This document shows positions 1 to 9,169 of a DNA stretch of 36,563 nucleotides, in pieces. Below the pieces are notes generated by a model. It saw only the letters and a list, made by a program, of their open reading frames with translations, ran no database searches and was not told where the DNA came from. Source of the stretch: a virus (lineage: Duplodnaviria > Caudoviricetes). The DNA lies in the IMG/VR virus record IMGVR_UViG_3300037780_000043, positions 1 to 36,563 of that record. One strand, written 5' to 3'. A program made the translations under genes and the position numbers. Positions within the stretch are counted from its first letter, which is position 1. Each line of letters starts with the position of its first letter.

Positions 1-127
1 TCAATACTCCCTCCTGGAATGTGAAGGTTGTCTCCAAAATGTATCTCTCTGGGTCAACTTCATAAAGTTCAGCATACAATTCTTGATTCAGAAGATCCAC
101 CATCTTGATCAATGATGCAGTTGAAAC
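1..127. repeat. Terminal direct repeat, left copy (circular assembly overlap)
   Basis: Bases 1-127 are identical to 36437-36563, and a reading frame continues across the join. Confidence 0.97.
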
Positions 128-187
128 ACCAGTGTTGCTGTCAAAGAATGTTGTCCAGTTGTCTATGGCTTGTTGTACTGTGATCAT
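1..187 (-). CDS. 5' part of the putative head-tail adaptor gene; continues across the origin to 36039
   Basis: ATG at 187 overlaps the upstream TGA (ATGA). It reads MITVQQAIDNWTTFFDSNTGVSTASLIKMVDLLNQELY, in frame with ORF 36039..36548. Confidence 0.8.
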   Translation of the reverse strand, partial: MITVQQAIDNWTTFFDSNTGVSTASLIKMVDLLNQELYAELYEVDPERYILETTFTFQEGVL

Positions 188-546
188 TTTACTTTGTCTT
201 TAATTAATATTTGGACTGTGGCATTTAAGCCTGATAGCTCTTTGAGGATCTGAACTTGGGTGTCATTGAGTTTTGAGAACTGCTGGTTCACATCGTCTTT
301 TTGAGCTAGAACCTGCTGTCTAACTCGATCTATGTCCTGGCTAATTTCTTCTCGCATTGCCTGAGTGTTTTCTAAATTTTTTCTTTGGTCAGTCTCTACT
401 TCATCCTTAAGATCCGTAATTGCTAAAGTGTTTTTATCTACCTTGCTGTTAAGCTTTACCCACCCAACAACACCTGCAATAACATTACCCACAATCGCTG
501 TCACTACGGCTGTGATTTGCCATACATTTTCAATTAACCAGTTCAT
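184..546 (-). CDS. Membrane-anchored coiled-coil protein
   Basis: Likely start MNWLIENVWQ at 546 (overlaps the upstream stop). One hydrophobic N-terminal helix, then a heptad-rich region. Confidence 0.7.
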   Translation of the reverse strand: MNWLIENVWQITAVVTAIVGNVIAGVVGWVKLNSKVDKNTLAITDLKDEVETDQRKNLENTQAMREEISQDIDRVRQQVLAQKDDVNQQFSKLNDTQVQILKELSGLNATVQILIKDKVK

Positions 547-845
547 AGTTTTAGGTTTAAGTCGATTATTAAGTTGAACTCCTCGTCGTATTGCTGCCAA
601 TTATCGCTATAATCAGCCTCTGAATCGTAAGTAACATCTGTCATGTATTCACTCTCTGGAGTTTGGAAGAAGTATTTTCCGTCACTTCTCTGCTCTACGT
701 TTGCCCAAGACGTGGTTTTTGCTGAATCGGGAGCTGGTTGTTTTGTTTTGGCATTTACGCCCGTGATGGGCATCCCCATATTGTCGTTAATCTGTGCTAA
801 AGCTGTGTTAGCCTTTTTTTCTGTATCAAAAATTAAACATTTCAT
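543..845 (-). CDS. Hypothetical virion-module protein
   Basis: 100-aa ORF packed tightly between neighbours in the structural operon. Confidence 0.7.
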   Translation of the reverse strand: MKCLIFDTEKKANTALAQINDNMGMPITGVNAKTKQPAPDSAKTTSWANVEQRSDGKYFFQTPESEYMTDVTYDSEADYSDNWQQYDEEFNLIIDLNLKL

Positions 846-846
846 G

Positions 847-2346
847 TTAATTGTTCATTAAATAATTGTGTAGGTTAGTTCGCTCCTCACTTGTCAGCTT
901 TCGGTCTACTATAACAACATCTCCAAGCTCACCACTGAAGTTATCTGCGCTAGCCTCACCAATAATTGGATCAAGGCTTGAGTCTCCAGTTCCAAGCGTG
1001 GTCTGTATAGTCTGCGTACCAAGTAAGACGTTATTTTTATAAGCTTTGGCGTCTGTTCCGTCCCACTCAACAATAATTGTAAAGTAGTCTGTAACATCTG
1101 AATCACCAAGAGAGAAGTCTGAACTTGAACGCGTAAGGTATGCAAAAGCCCCTGAACCACCCGATCCATTAGATACTCCTAAGCTCACTCTGTTAGTACC
1201 AACGATAGCCCTATCATCAATACTTAAGAACACACCCTTACTACTACCTGTGTTACTCGCTGTCGAAAATATAGGCTGTAAAGTGTCTGAATTAGCATCT
1301 GCAAGCTTCACCTTAATCCCAATAGCACCTGCTGACTCGTGCAATGTATTGAATAAAGCTTTGTTTGTAGTCGCTATGTTTTCCGACCCTGCAAAAACCA
1401 TAGAGTCATTAACTTCGTCGTATCCTGGTTGGTCTGGTGCTGTACCCTGGGTAAACGATTCACCATTAGAATCTACACCGTCAATCTGTACTATATCTGA
1501 ACCGTTAAGTGTTATAGCCGCCTCTTCTGAAGCGTCTAACCAAGTTAAAGGCTCAAGTAGGTAAGGACTAAAGTTTGGAGCGTTAACAGTTGGAGCTGAC
1601 GACCTGTAAGGATGTCCAAGAGGGAGGCTAGCTTCAAGTCCATACTTATGTGCTAGATACCCCTCTACTCTCAATACATCTTCTGTTGTAACCTCATCCC
1701 CATCAATAATAATATGTTCATAAAATTCTCCTTCAAGATCCCTAGTGCTAGAATAGTTACCAAGCGTCCAGTTTCCAATCCATGCTGAAAAATCAACCTC
1801 TCTTTGTTCTGAGATAACAAGGACATCCCCACCGTATAAATCATAAAGGTCACCTCTTGTTGTTGGGCTAGAAAGGTTACCATTTTTATAATAAACTGGA
1901 GTGCCACTACCTGCATTTATCGAGGTGGAAGCGTTGCTTTGCGTCGCTACCATTGTGTAAGCTCCTGTACTTTCGTTAATTGGTATGAAATCGGTAGCTG
2001 ATTCTTTCCAAACTGCAAAGACAAGACAGTTTGAGTTGTTAATTGGTTGTCCTAAATTAAGAACACCATTAATAGGTGAAGAAAAATCAATAGCCTTATA
2101 TCCTGCACTACCGTCTATGTAATCTGGCTGATCAGATCCTGTCGATTGAGTTGCATTAAACCCATTACCACTTTTATCATCAATTTGTGAAATACCCGTT
2201 GCAGTAGTCACTGTCGACTCATCAGTTGCATCTATCCACTGTGCCATCTGCGTGCTATTCAGCTCACCTGGAGTCCAATCTAAAACACCGCTCTTGCTTA
2301 AGAACTTAAAGTAATCCGAACCTAATATGCCTTTCTTTTTAAGCAT
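847..2346 (-). CDS. LamG/concanavalin-like tandem-domain virion protein (fibre or decoration)
   Basis: Two related modules (WIDATDESTV..SQIDDKSGNGFNATQSTGSDQP and WLDASEEAAI..VQIDGVDSNGESFTQGTAPDQP). Each ends like a LamG fold (GEFYEHIII..VEGYLAHKYG; GELGDVVIVDRKLTSEE). Confidence 0.7.
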   Translation of the reverse strand: MLKKKGILGSDYFKFLSKSGVLDWTPGELNSTQMAQWIDATDESTVTTATGISQIDDKSGNGFNATQSTGSDQPDYIDGSAGYKAIDFSSPINGVLNLGQPINNSNCLVFAVWKESATDFIPINESTGAYTMVATQSNASTSINAGSGTPVYYKNGNLSSPTTRGDLYDLYGGDVLVISEQREVDFSAWIGNWTLGNYSSTRDLEGEFYEHIIIDGDEVTTEDVLRVEGYLAHKYGLEASLPLGHPYRSSAPTVNAPNFSPYLLEPLTWLDASEEAAITLNGSDIVQIDGVDSNGESFTQGTAPDQPGYDEVNDSMVFAGSENIATTNKALFNTLHESAGAIGIKVKLADANSDTLQPIFSTASNTGSSKGVFLSIDDRAIVGTNRVSLGVSNGSGGSGAFAYLTRSSSDFSLGDSDVTDYFTIIVEWDGTDAKAYKNNVLLGTQTIQTTLGTGDSSLDPIIGEASADNFSGELGDVVIVDRKLTSEERTNLHNYLMNN

Positions 2347-2631
2347 TTAAGAAAATTTTGTTATTACTAAATCAGATGTACCTGACGCTGTGATTGCGTT
2401 GATTGCACCTGGATACATAAATCCAATTGCTAAATCACTGAAACTATCTCCGCTTGCTAATAGGTGACCGTTAGATGTTGTTGCTGTCTCTCCAAACGTT
2501 ATATAAACGTCTGTTGCTCCGTTGTTTGTGACAACAAAACCAAGCCTTCCATCGTTAGCTTCCAACAATGATGTTGATGATGTTGTAACCTCTTCGGTTG
2601 AGTTAGTCGCATTCCTTGCTAGTAATGACAT
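2347..2631 (-). CDS. Small beta-rich virion protein
   Basis: 94 aa, Thr/Ser/Gly-rich, directly after the capsid gene. Confidence 0.7.
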   Translation of the reverse strand: MSLLARNATNSTEEVTTSSTSLLEANDGRLGFVVTNNGATDVYITFGETATTSNGHLLASGDSFSDLAIGFMYPGAINAITASGTSDLVITKFS

Positions 2632-2654
2632 AATTTAAAGTTAATAAATTTAAT

Positions 2655-2680
2655 TAGAGGCATCTCGTGGATGCCCCCTA
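2655..2680 (-). terminator. Hairpin after the major capsid gene (partial terminator or stabiliser)
   Basis: GGCATC-TCGTG-GATGCC stem in the intergenic gap, followed by AT-rich sequence. Confidence 0.5.
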
Positions 2681-2689
2681 GTAAAGCTA

Positions 2690-3868
2690 TTAAGCGTTAC
2701 ATGTGATTTTCGCCGTTCTGAATGTGTTTCTGTGGAATACTTTCGCTCCATATCTAACACGTCCCATGTGGTTTTTACCGAAGTTTCTAGACTCTTTTCT
2801 GATGTCTATTTCTGGTTTCAGTAATCTAGCAACGTCAACCGCTCCTTTCACCAACCCAAGGATTTGAGTTGTTTCTGTTCCGAATACATTTGTCCCCGCT
2901 GTGAATGTTTCAGCTCCGTTGATCTTACCTGCCCCAGTGATCGTTGCTATGTCGCTTCCGTTGAATGCAGAGATAGCTACACCTTTATTTCTCAACCTAC
3001 CCTTGTCTGCAGTACCTAATGCAATGTAAGTGTTGTCCCCAGTTGTACCAGTTCCATTTACCGCATTAACAAGGTTAGCTTGAGCCGCTGCCTTGTCAGC
3101 ACCGATTGAAACTTCACCCGCAGCACTCGCACTTGAAGCCGCCGTCCATGTAAACACAACACCTTTGATCGTGATCGTATCACCTGCTGTTGGTTGTGCA
3201 TCTATAGTCAATGCAACTGAGTATGGAAGGTTAGTTGATTCGTATACTTCGAACCCTCTAATTTTCCCTGCGAATCCGTTTCTTAGGATTGTGTCCGCTA
3301 CGTTGTTTCCAGTTCCTGCAAGGTACTCATCTAATAGAGCAACTCTCGCGGGATCCATAACCAATGCAGCCACTCCGTCGAATGCGTCTTGCTCTGCAAT
3401 TGCAGTTCTTAGGTCTGTAATCTTACCGAAGATTGTACTAGCTGATAGAGAACCACCTGATACTTCAGACACAGAAGGCACTGCGTCGTTAATTGTATTT
3501 AAACAATGTTGATCGATTGAGTTTCTCATCTGGAAAGCAACCTGATAAGACTGTTGAGCTTCTTGTTTAGCTGCTTGTGCTACTGTTTGAACTTTGTCCA
3601 ATCTGAACCCTGTCGCTTTGATTTGGTCAGCTTCTAGGTATTCATTAGTCGCAACAGTTGCTGGGAATGCTAGATCCGTTAGTGGTTCATAATCTTCCAT
3701 CACAACGTCTGTTGTATATGATTTGTTAACTCTGTAAGCATCAGTCATCATTGCTTCAAGCTCCATGCTTGCAATTTTGTCTGATACCAACATTTCGTTT
3801 AAGTAGTCCTGTACGTTAGTTGCAAACCGCTCTGCTCTTAACGCGTCTACTTGATTTTGTTCAGCCAT
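2690..3868 (-). CDS. Major capsid protein (HK97 fold, P22-coat-like) with an insertion domain
   Basis: Follows the scaffold gene; 392 aa. Motifs LRNGFAGKIRGFEVYESTNLP and GRVRYGAKVF are typical of this capsid class. Confidence 0.85.
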   Translation of the reverse strand: MAEQNQVDALRAERFATNVQDYLNEMLVSDKIASMELEAMMTDAYRVNKSYTTDVVMEDYEPLTDLAFPATVATNEYLEADQIKATGFRLDKVQTVAQAAKQEAQQSYQVAFQMRNSIDQHCLNTINDAVPSVSEVSGGSLSASTIFGKITDLRTAIAEQDAFDGVAALVMDPARVALLDEYLAGTGNNVADTILRNGFAGKIRGFEVYESTNLPYSVALTIDAQPTAGDTITIKGVVFTWTAASSASAAGEVSIGADKAAAQANLVNAVNGTGTTGDNTYIALGTADKGRLRNKGVAISAFNGSDIATITGAGKINGAETFTAGTNVFGTETTQILGLVKGAVDVARLLKPEIDIRKESRNFGKNHMGRVRYGAKVFHRNTFRTAKITCNA

Positions 3869-3913
3869 TTTGTCAAATTTTAAAGAATTGTTAGTTCTTT
3901 ATTCTTTGACCTC

Positions 3914-4534
3914 TTAACCTAATCTTAGAGCTTCCAGTCTTTCGACTCTCTTACGTCCACTTAATTCATCCAATGGTTTTTGTGAGTCAGGCTTTCGTCT
4001 TCCTGATCCACCATATACACCTGGCATTCGTCCTGCTTGATTCTGCTTTCTATCGAACACACCTACGATCTGGGTTGCTTTTTCGAGTGCTTTATATTCA
4101 CTCACTCCCATTTGCCGCAATTCGGCGTATTCTTCTTGCAATCTTTCTTTTTCATCCTTGCTAATTTTTTGCTCGGAGATTTTAGATTTCAACTTTGCGA
4201 ATCCTGCTTTTTCTTCCTTCTCTTTCAGTTTCTTTTCGACGATTGCTTCAATGTCATTTGGATCAACCTTCTTTGATCCCATTTTTCTTTCTAATTCTTC
4301 TTTCGCCCACTCTGGAGCGTCATCAAGAGATTTCTCTCCTAATTCGATCTTAGAAAGCCATGAATTAATCTGTTTAACACGTTGCTCCTCAGATTTCTCT
4401 TTCTCCTGTTCACCTTGTTCCTGTTCGTCAGACTCAGGAGCTTCAGTGTCAGTAGTGTCTTGCTCAGACTCAGTTTCTTCACTGACTTCAATGTCTTGAA
4501 GTTCAGATTCAGGACTGTTCTTTAAGTCACCCAT
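3914..4534 (-). CDS. Capsid scaffolding protein
   Basis: Highly acidic N-terminus, charged helical body, directly upstream of the capsid gene. Confidence 0.75.
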   Translation of the reverse strand: MGDLKNSPESELQDIEVSEETESEQDTTDTEAPESDEQEQGEQEKEKSEEQRVKQINSWLSKIELGEKSLDDAPEWAKEELERKMGSKKVDPNDIEAIVEKKLKEKEEKAGFAKLKSKISEQKISKDEKERLQEEYAELRQMGVSEYKALEKATQIVGVFDRKQNQAGRMPGVYGGSGRRKPDSQKPLDELSGRKRVERLEALRLG

Positions 4535-4548
4535 TTGTTTTGAGGTTT

Positions 4549-4658
4549 AAAAAATAAAGCCTATCTACACTTGATAGATAGACTGCTGGCTAGCTCAGGC
4601 ACGAGGCTAACCAGTAGTTTACCTACCAGTTTTTGTGCCCGAACTGCTATTCAATGAC
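4549..4658 (-). ncRNA. Structured 5' leader of the scaffold/capsid transcript
   Basis: Long imperfect hairpin at 4572-4628 whose loop is complementary to 4635-4642. An overlapping alternative hairpin at 4561-4581 is followed by a U-rich tract. Confidence 0.6.
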
Positions 4659-4683
4659 CAATTCCCTACCTTACAACATTATT
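4659..4683 (-). promoter_or_regulatory. Putative late promoter motif, copy before scaffold/capsid
   Basis: AATAATGTTGTAAGGTAGGGAATTG on the minus strand; 25 bp identical to 6731-6755. Confidence 0.7.
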
Positions 4684-4997
4684 TAAGATAGGTCTAGCCC
4701 TTGTTGTATATGTTCTTCTACTATTCTATTTTCGTCATAACACTCACTCGCAAACATTAAGCCGTCGGCTATAGCTTGCTTGTATATGTCGATCTCTTTA
4801 CTGCTCCAACTACCACTCTCAATAAACTTCATCACTTTGTAGTGTAGAATGGCTTCAATATCAGCCCCAAAGTCTTCCCATATATTTGCCCACTGAGCTA
4901 CTCTGGTTCTAGATCCTAAAACTTGCTCACAAGGTCTATCAACTCCCTTTGTGAGCTTTCTTTTTATTAACTTCCTTACAACTTCCATCTTAAACAT
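4683..4997 (-). CDS. Hypothetical protein between portal and scaffold
   Basis: 104 aa; start overlaps the portal stop (TAATG). Confidence 0.75.
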   Translation of the reverse strand: MFKMEVVRKLIKRKLTKGVDRPCEQVLGSRTRVAQWANIWEDFGADIEAILHYKVMKFIESGSWSSKEIDIYKQAIADGLMFASECYDENRIVEEHIQQGLDLS

Positions 4998-6715
4998 TAA
5001 GCAGGGATTATATTTTGTGTGTTATCTAGTGTTGGGGCTTGTCTTTCGGTTGGGTTAGGTGGCATCTGTCCTGGTTGTCCCATAGGTTGTTGCATATTGT
5101 TAGCAATTGGGTTTGCTACGTCATAGTCTAGATCTGACAATTCAAATAGAGACTTAACAACCGCAGATCTATTCGGATCTTCTGGTGCTAGAGCTGGCAA
5201 CAACGCTTCATATTTAGCTCTCAACATAGCTTGAGAAGGTATCGCCCCCGTTCTTGAATTCACCCTTACGAAATAAGTATTAACATCTAAATCTTCCGCT
5301 ACCTCCCCAAGGGTAACTTTCTCTCCTTTCATTCCTATTTCCTCAAGGTTGATAGTGGTTGTGAAGTCTACTGGTGTATCATTATCCTTATCAATGTAGG
5401 CTTTCATCATCGAGATAGTAACCTCAACAATATGTTTTGTTTCAGTGGCATTATTCTCCATGATTTGTTTAATAACAGCATTAGATGACTCTTCTTCTGC
5501 TAATACTTGTCTCGCCGTCACGTTTGTTCCTCTATCGATACCATCTAGATTCACACCTGAACGTTTAATACTTCTTTCGAAGTACTGATCTATGATCTGC
5601 CAAGCTTGCGTGTTATTAGGGGCTTGTAAGGTCTGCATATTGAGATTAGAACCGTTCGGATTTGTCTCATCATACCCAAGGGTAGCTAATGGTCTTAAAC
5701 CTTTCTCACGTAATTTTAGGGCGTATTTGTACGACTTAAGAGTTCTCTTCACCTCACCGTTTGGAACTGTTAGGAAGGTCACAGGTGCGATTTGATCCTC
5801 AATGTGAAGTAACTGCATATTTGTTAACTTTCTCAACTCAAGAACCATATCGTAAAATATAGAACCTAGACCTTCATCGTAAAACCCTTCAGCCCCATAG
5901 AAACATGAGAATTGTGACAATGGTATGTAAGGCATTCCATCCTTGATGTATGGATAGTCTTCACCACTCTTATAATCAAGCTTGATCTTTTGTCTTCCTG
6001 CTATACAAACGTACTCCTCTGTCCCAATATCGTAATAATGAGCAATTTGAACAATTTCCTTTTCGTCTCTGTCGAATTCTTGGAACTTGCTTTCTCGTGT
6101 TCGGTCTACATGGGTGTCTACAACATCACCGTACACCTCTTTGTCTTCCAACTCTGGATACATTCTTTTTGCGTGTTCAACGTCATACTCGAATACAACG
6201 GCCGCTCTGGTTGCGTTCTTTCCATGAGCCGCTCCTCTAATTGCAGACGCATAATTATCAACGTAAACACTAGAATTAGGCACAACCGTGAACTTAATAG
6301 GTGCAACTTCTTTGTCATCGTCTGGATTTGCCCCGTAATACAAAAAACTATTCCCATACAATAACATGTTGATAGCCAGTCCGTCCTTACCCCTGAAGGC
6401 TGCATTATAACCACCATTCTCCATTACATAAGCAACTGCCCCTGTTTGAATTCTCTCGAGTGCTTCTGGGACTTGATGTCCATGTACGGCAAAATCAAGT
6501 GGCTTCATTCTAGTTAACATGGCTGTCACTGCTTGGAATAGCAACTTACAACTTTTACGTTCAAGAGGTGAATCACCGTCCTTACTTACAGAAAAGGCGT
6601 CTTGATATAATTCCTTAATAGTCTCGTTATTTTTATCTCGGTCTTCTTTTTGGTTGTAGTCATCGTTGATAATGTCCAAAGCTCGGTCTAGTGCCTGATT
6701 CCATTTATCACTCAT
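4997..6715 (-). CDS. Portal protein
   Basis: 572 aa after terL; TNVTARQVLAEEESSN helix motif and Gln/Pro-rich tail as in P22-like portals. Confidence 0.8.
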   Translation of the reverse strand: MSDKWNQALDRALDIINDDYNQKEDRDKNNETIKELYQDAFSVSKDGDSPLERKSCKLLFQAVTAMLTRMKPLDFAVHGHQVPEALERIQTGAVAYVMENGGYNAAFRGKDGLAINMLLYGNSFLYYGANPDDDKEVAPIKFTVVPNSSVYVDNYASAIRGAAHGKNATRAAVVFEYDVEHAKRMYPELEDKEVYGDVVDTHVDRTRESKFQEFDRDEKEIVQIAHYYDIGTEEYVCIAGRQKIKLDYKSGEDYPYIKDGMPYIPLSQFSCFYGAEGFYDEGLGSIFYDMVLELRKLTNMQLLHIEDQIAPVTFLTVPNGEVKRTLKSYKYALKLREKGLRPLATLGYDETNPNGSNLNMQTLQAPNNTQAWQIIDQYFERSIKRSGVNLDGIDRGTNVTARQVLAEEESSNAVIKQIMENNATETKHIVEVTISMMKAYIDKDNDTPVDFTTTINLEEIGMKGEKVTLGEVAEDLDVNTYFVRVNSRTGAIPSQAMLRAKYEALLPALAPEDPNRSAVVKSLFELSDLDYDVANPIANNMQQPMGQPGQMPPNPTERQAPTLDNTQNIIPA

Positions 6716-6730
6716 AGAATCAATTTAAAT

Positions 6731-6755
6731 CAATTCCCTACCTTACAACATTATT
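6731..6755 (-). promoter_or_regulatory. Putative late promoter motif, copy before portal
   Basis: Core AATGTTGTAAGGT at 6740-6752, about 25 bp upstream of the portal ATG. Confidence 0.7.
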
Positions 6756-6772
6756 AACAGCCTGACAATAAT

Positions 6773-8242
6773 CTAGAAAGTTTGAAGGATATCATCTATG
6801 GCGTCCTCGTACTCTCTTAGCCGTTTATCGTCTGAACCTTCCATGACCTCCTTTTCCTGTGTGATAATTAAATCAAACCCGTCCATGTGCTCGTCCTGGA
6901 TTGCGTATGCTTCTTCTAGATCCTCTTTTTCATCATCACCTTTCCCTAGTTCAAACCACATTCGCATCATTACCATGTCAGCTAAATCTGGTGACCTACC
7001 CAGTGCTTCCACCACATCTTCTTTAGAAGTTACTTTAATCTTCTTGTCTGTATGTATATCTTTTTGTTTTACAACCTTAAGTTCTTCGAATAACTTATCG
7101 CGACAATTTGGCACACAAAAAGCAATCTTACCTTCATCAATGTAATTAGCTAACTCCAAATAACATTGGCTTCTTAAGTTCCCATAATTTAGATTACGAC
7201 TAACTTTTTTAGGTTTTGCATTTCCGATAAAACCGATACATTTCAGCATATCAACCAACCCACCACCAACACCGCTTTCATCTGCGATTACTCTATTTTT
7301 AGGTATCTTGTATTTATCCATTAAATCTTTAACCACACCCCATAATTGCGGGATAGTATTTTGGTTGATGTAGTAAGCAGTTCTTAGAGACAGCCCATCC
7401 CATATCCCGATAATAGTTTGATCTTTACCTTTTCGAGCTACATCAACAGACATACATGGTTCGCCTTTAGGTAATTTATTTTCAAAAGCCTCATAAACCT
7501 TATCAATCCCAAATAAAATACCAGGATCATCACTATACTCAAAGTTCCCATACAAAAGCCTTTGGATCTTAGCTTTGTTCTTTGTCCTTAAAACACTAGT
7601 TCTATATTTTTTGTGATCGATATATGGATTATCAGAATACAAAGAAGTAATAAATAGCTTGCCTTCTACGGTCTTATTATCGCGGATAAGAGGCTTCCAG
7701 AAATCAAAGTATATCCAGTTATCCCCAGGGTTGCACGTGTACAACACGGTAGGTTGCGTCTCCCAACCCTCGCCCTGAAGTACCGAAAACCTAAACTGAA
7801 GGGTATCTTTTGCATTTTTACATACCTCTTGAGCCTCATCTATCCATGCTCCAGTTAGATCGTATGATCCAAGTCTGTCATATTTTGGATCGCCTGGTTT
7901 TTGTTTTAACTCACCAAAAAAAACAACCGACCCATTCACCCAAGTCAAAACCATATCAGTGGCGTTGTAGTGATAATCTATATCCCTGCGATATCCCATT
8001 GATGACATAACACCAAAAAAAGTACGCAATGTTGTTCTTTTCAGAGATTTAAGTTCTTCACGAGCTATAAGCCACGCCGAGCCAGGCATTGCCTGACACA
8101 TCATTATAATCCATAAAGAGCCTAAATAAGACTTACCTCCCCTTGCTCCTCCACCAAAAACAACCTCATTATATTCTGGGTCAGTTAAAGCTTTAAAAGC
8201 TACATACTGCTTCTCACTGAGTTTAACCTTAATTGCTGTCAT
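6773..8242 (-). CDS. terL: Terminase large subunit
   Basis: Walker A GGARGGKS, Walker B AWIDEAQE, YTCNP motif, nuclease motifs SVDVARKGKD and RSPDLAD. Start revised to ATG 8242 (MTAIKVKLSEKQ). Confidence 0.95.
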   Translation of the reverse strand: MTAIKVKLSEKQYVAFKALTDPEYNEVVFGGGARGGKSYLGSLWIIMMCQAMPGSAWLIAREELKSLKRTTLRTFFGVMSSMGYRRDIDYHYNATDMVLTWVNGSVVFFGELKQKPGDPKYDRLGSYDLTGAWIDEAQEVCKNAKDTLQFRFSVLQGEGWETQPTVLYTCNPGDNWIYFDFWKPLIRDNKTVEGKLFITSLYSDNPYIDHKKYRTSVLRTKNKAKIQRLLYGNFEYSDDPGILFGIDKVYEAFENKLPKGEPCMSVDVARKGKDQTIIGIWDGLSLRTAYYINQNTIPQLWGVVKDLMDKYKIPKNRVIADESGVGGGLVDMLKCIGFIGNAKPKKVSRNLNYGNLRSQCYLELANYIDEGKIAFCVPNCRDKLFEELKVVKQKDIHTDKKIKVTSKEDVVEALGRSPDLADMVMMRMWFELGKGDDEKEDLEEAYAIQDEHMDGFDLIITQEKEVMEGSDDKRLREYEDAIDDILQTF

Positions 8243-8666
8243 CAGATAAAGGATTAATAACTTCAATCTGAATAGGACGATTGACATTAAGCTCAGACTT
8301 ACTATCAATTTTCTTTCTCAAATTCCAGTCATCAAACTTCCTTTCCAAAATCCATGCAAACCGAGTCCAATTCCCATTATCCCCATCCTCAAGTTTTTTT
8401 AACAATCTAACCTTCTCTTTTATCAGGGCATTTTTAAGAAGGGACAAAAACTGCTTATAATTATCTGATTCCAACTTGCCCAACTCAAGGTTACCACGCT
8501 TCCAATTCTTAAACGTTGTATAGCAAAAAGTATTATCCTCATCCAATCTTTCGTTGATAAGGTGAAAAAGCTCCTCATCGGTTAAATAAAGAGCTTGATT
8601 ATCTGCTAATACATCCTTAAAGGCTTTTAAAACTTCATCATTTAATTTACTTGGTCGTCCGTTCAT
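8229..8666 (-). CDS. terS: Terminase small subunit
   Basis: N-terminal GRPSKL, HTH-like region, AWILERKF motif; overlaps the terL start. Confidence 0.8.
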   Translation of the reverse strand: MNGRPSKLNDEVLKAFKDVLADNQALYLTDEELFHLINERLDEDNTFCYTTFKNWKRGNLELGKLESDNYKQFLSLLKNALIKEKVRLLKKLEDGDNGNWTRFAWILERKFDDWNLRKKIDSKSELNVNRPIQIEVINPLSDDSN

Positions 8667-8682
8667 TTACCTCGTTTATTAT

Positions 8683-8704
8683 TAATCTTGTACCTTACAA
8701 CATT
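8683..8704 (-). promoter_or_regulatory. Putative late promoter motif, copy before terS
   Basis: Core AATGTTGTAAGGT at 8692-8704, about 26 bp upstream of the terS ATG. Confidence 0.7.
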
Positions 8705-8715
8705 CTCAGAATTAT

Positions 8716-8922
8716 TCAAGACTTATCCCTTTTGTTGAATAAAGAACCATTCTTCCATTTGCCACTTGTTTTTTTGAGCCTGCGATAAGCCTGAGTGATA
8801 TTATTGTCAGAGTTATTCATATTAAACTCTCTGAGTTCTTGAATGTATTCCTTTTTTGTGGTCTCACCTGAGTTGTACTTATCCCATATAGCTTGAACCT
8901 TTGGGTTTTTGAATTCAGTCAT
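8716..8922 (-). CDS. Hypothetical protein
   Basis: 68-aa ORF overlapping the groES stop. Confidence 0.6.
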   Translation of the reverse strand: MTEFKNPKVQAIWDKYNSGETTKKEYIQELREFNMNNSDNNITQAYRRLKKTSGKWKNGSLFNKRDKS

Positions 8923-9169
8923 ATTTGTGAGTTATATCAGATTCAGGGACTATCATGTGTGACTTACCCTTATATTGGACTCTGTCGTAACCTTTAGGGG
9001 GGTAACCTACTCTATCTCCAACCTTTACGTCGGTTACATCAACTCCCGTTTCTATAACTTCAGCTATTCGTTCTTTCTTTGTTGATTGGATTATGATTCC
9101 TGACTCTGTTTGTTGGTCTCCCTCTTCTGGAAGGATTAGAATGTTGTTTTTAAGTGGTGTGATTTTCAT
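8915..9169 (-). CDS. groES: Co-chaperonin GroES (Cpn10)-like protein
   Basis: MKITPLKNNILI, mobile loop TESGIII, VKVGDRV, C-terminal IVPESDI. Confidence 0.9.
   Translation of the reverse strand: MKITPLKNNILILPEEGDQQTESGIIIQSTKKERIAEVIETGVDVTDVKVGDRVGYPPKGYDRVQYKGKSHMIVPESDITHKYD

Noticed and set aside
847-2346. Diversity-generating retroelement target
   Set aside because: No reverse transcriptase gene, and no near-identical template/variable repeat pair was seen.
4597-4610. Fourth pseudoknot unit (AGGCACGAGGCTAA shared with the unit at 20349-20371)
   Set aside because: It is on the opposite strand, lacks the AAAC linker and second stem, and sits inside a different fold. An antisense link between the two RNAs cannot be supported from 14 nt alone.
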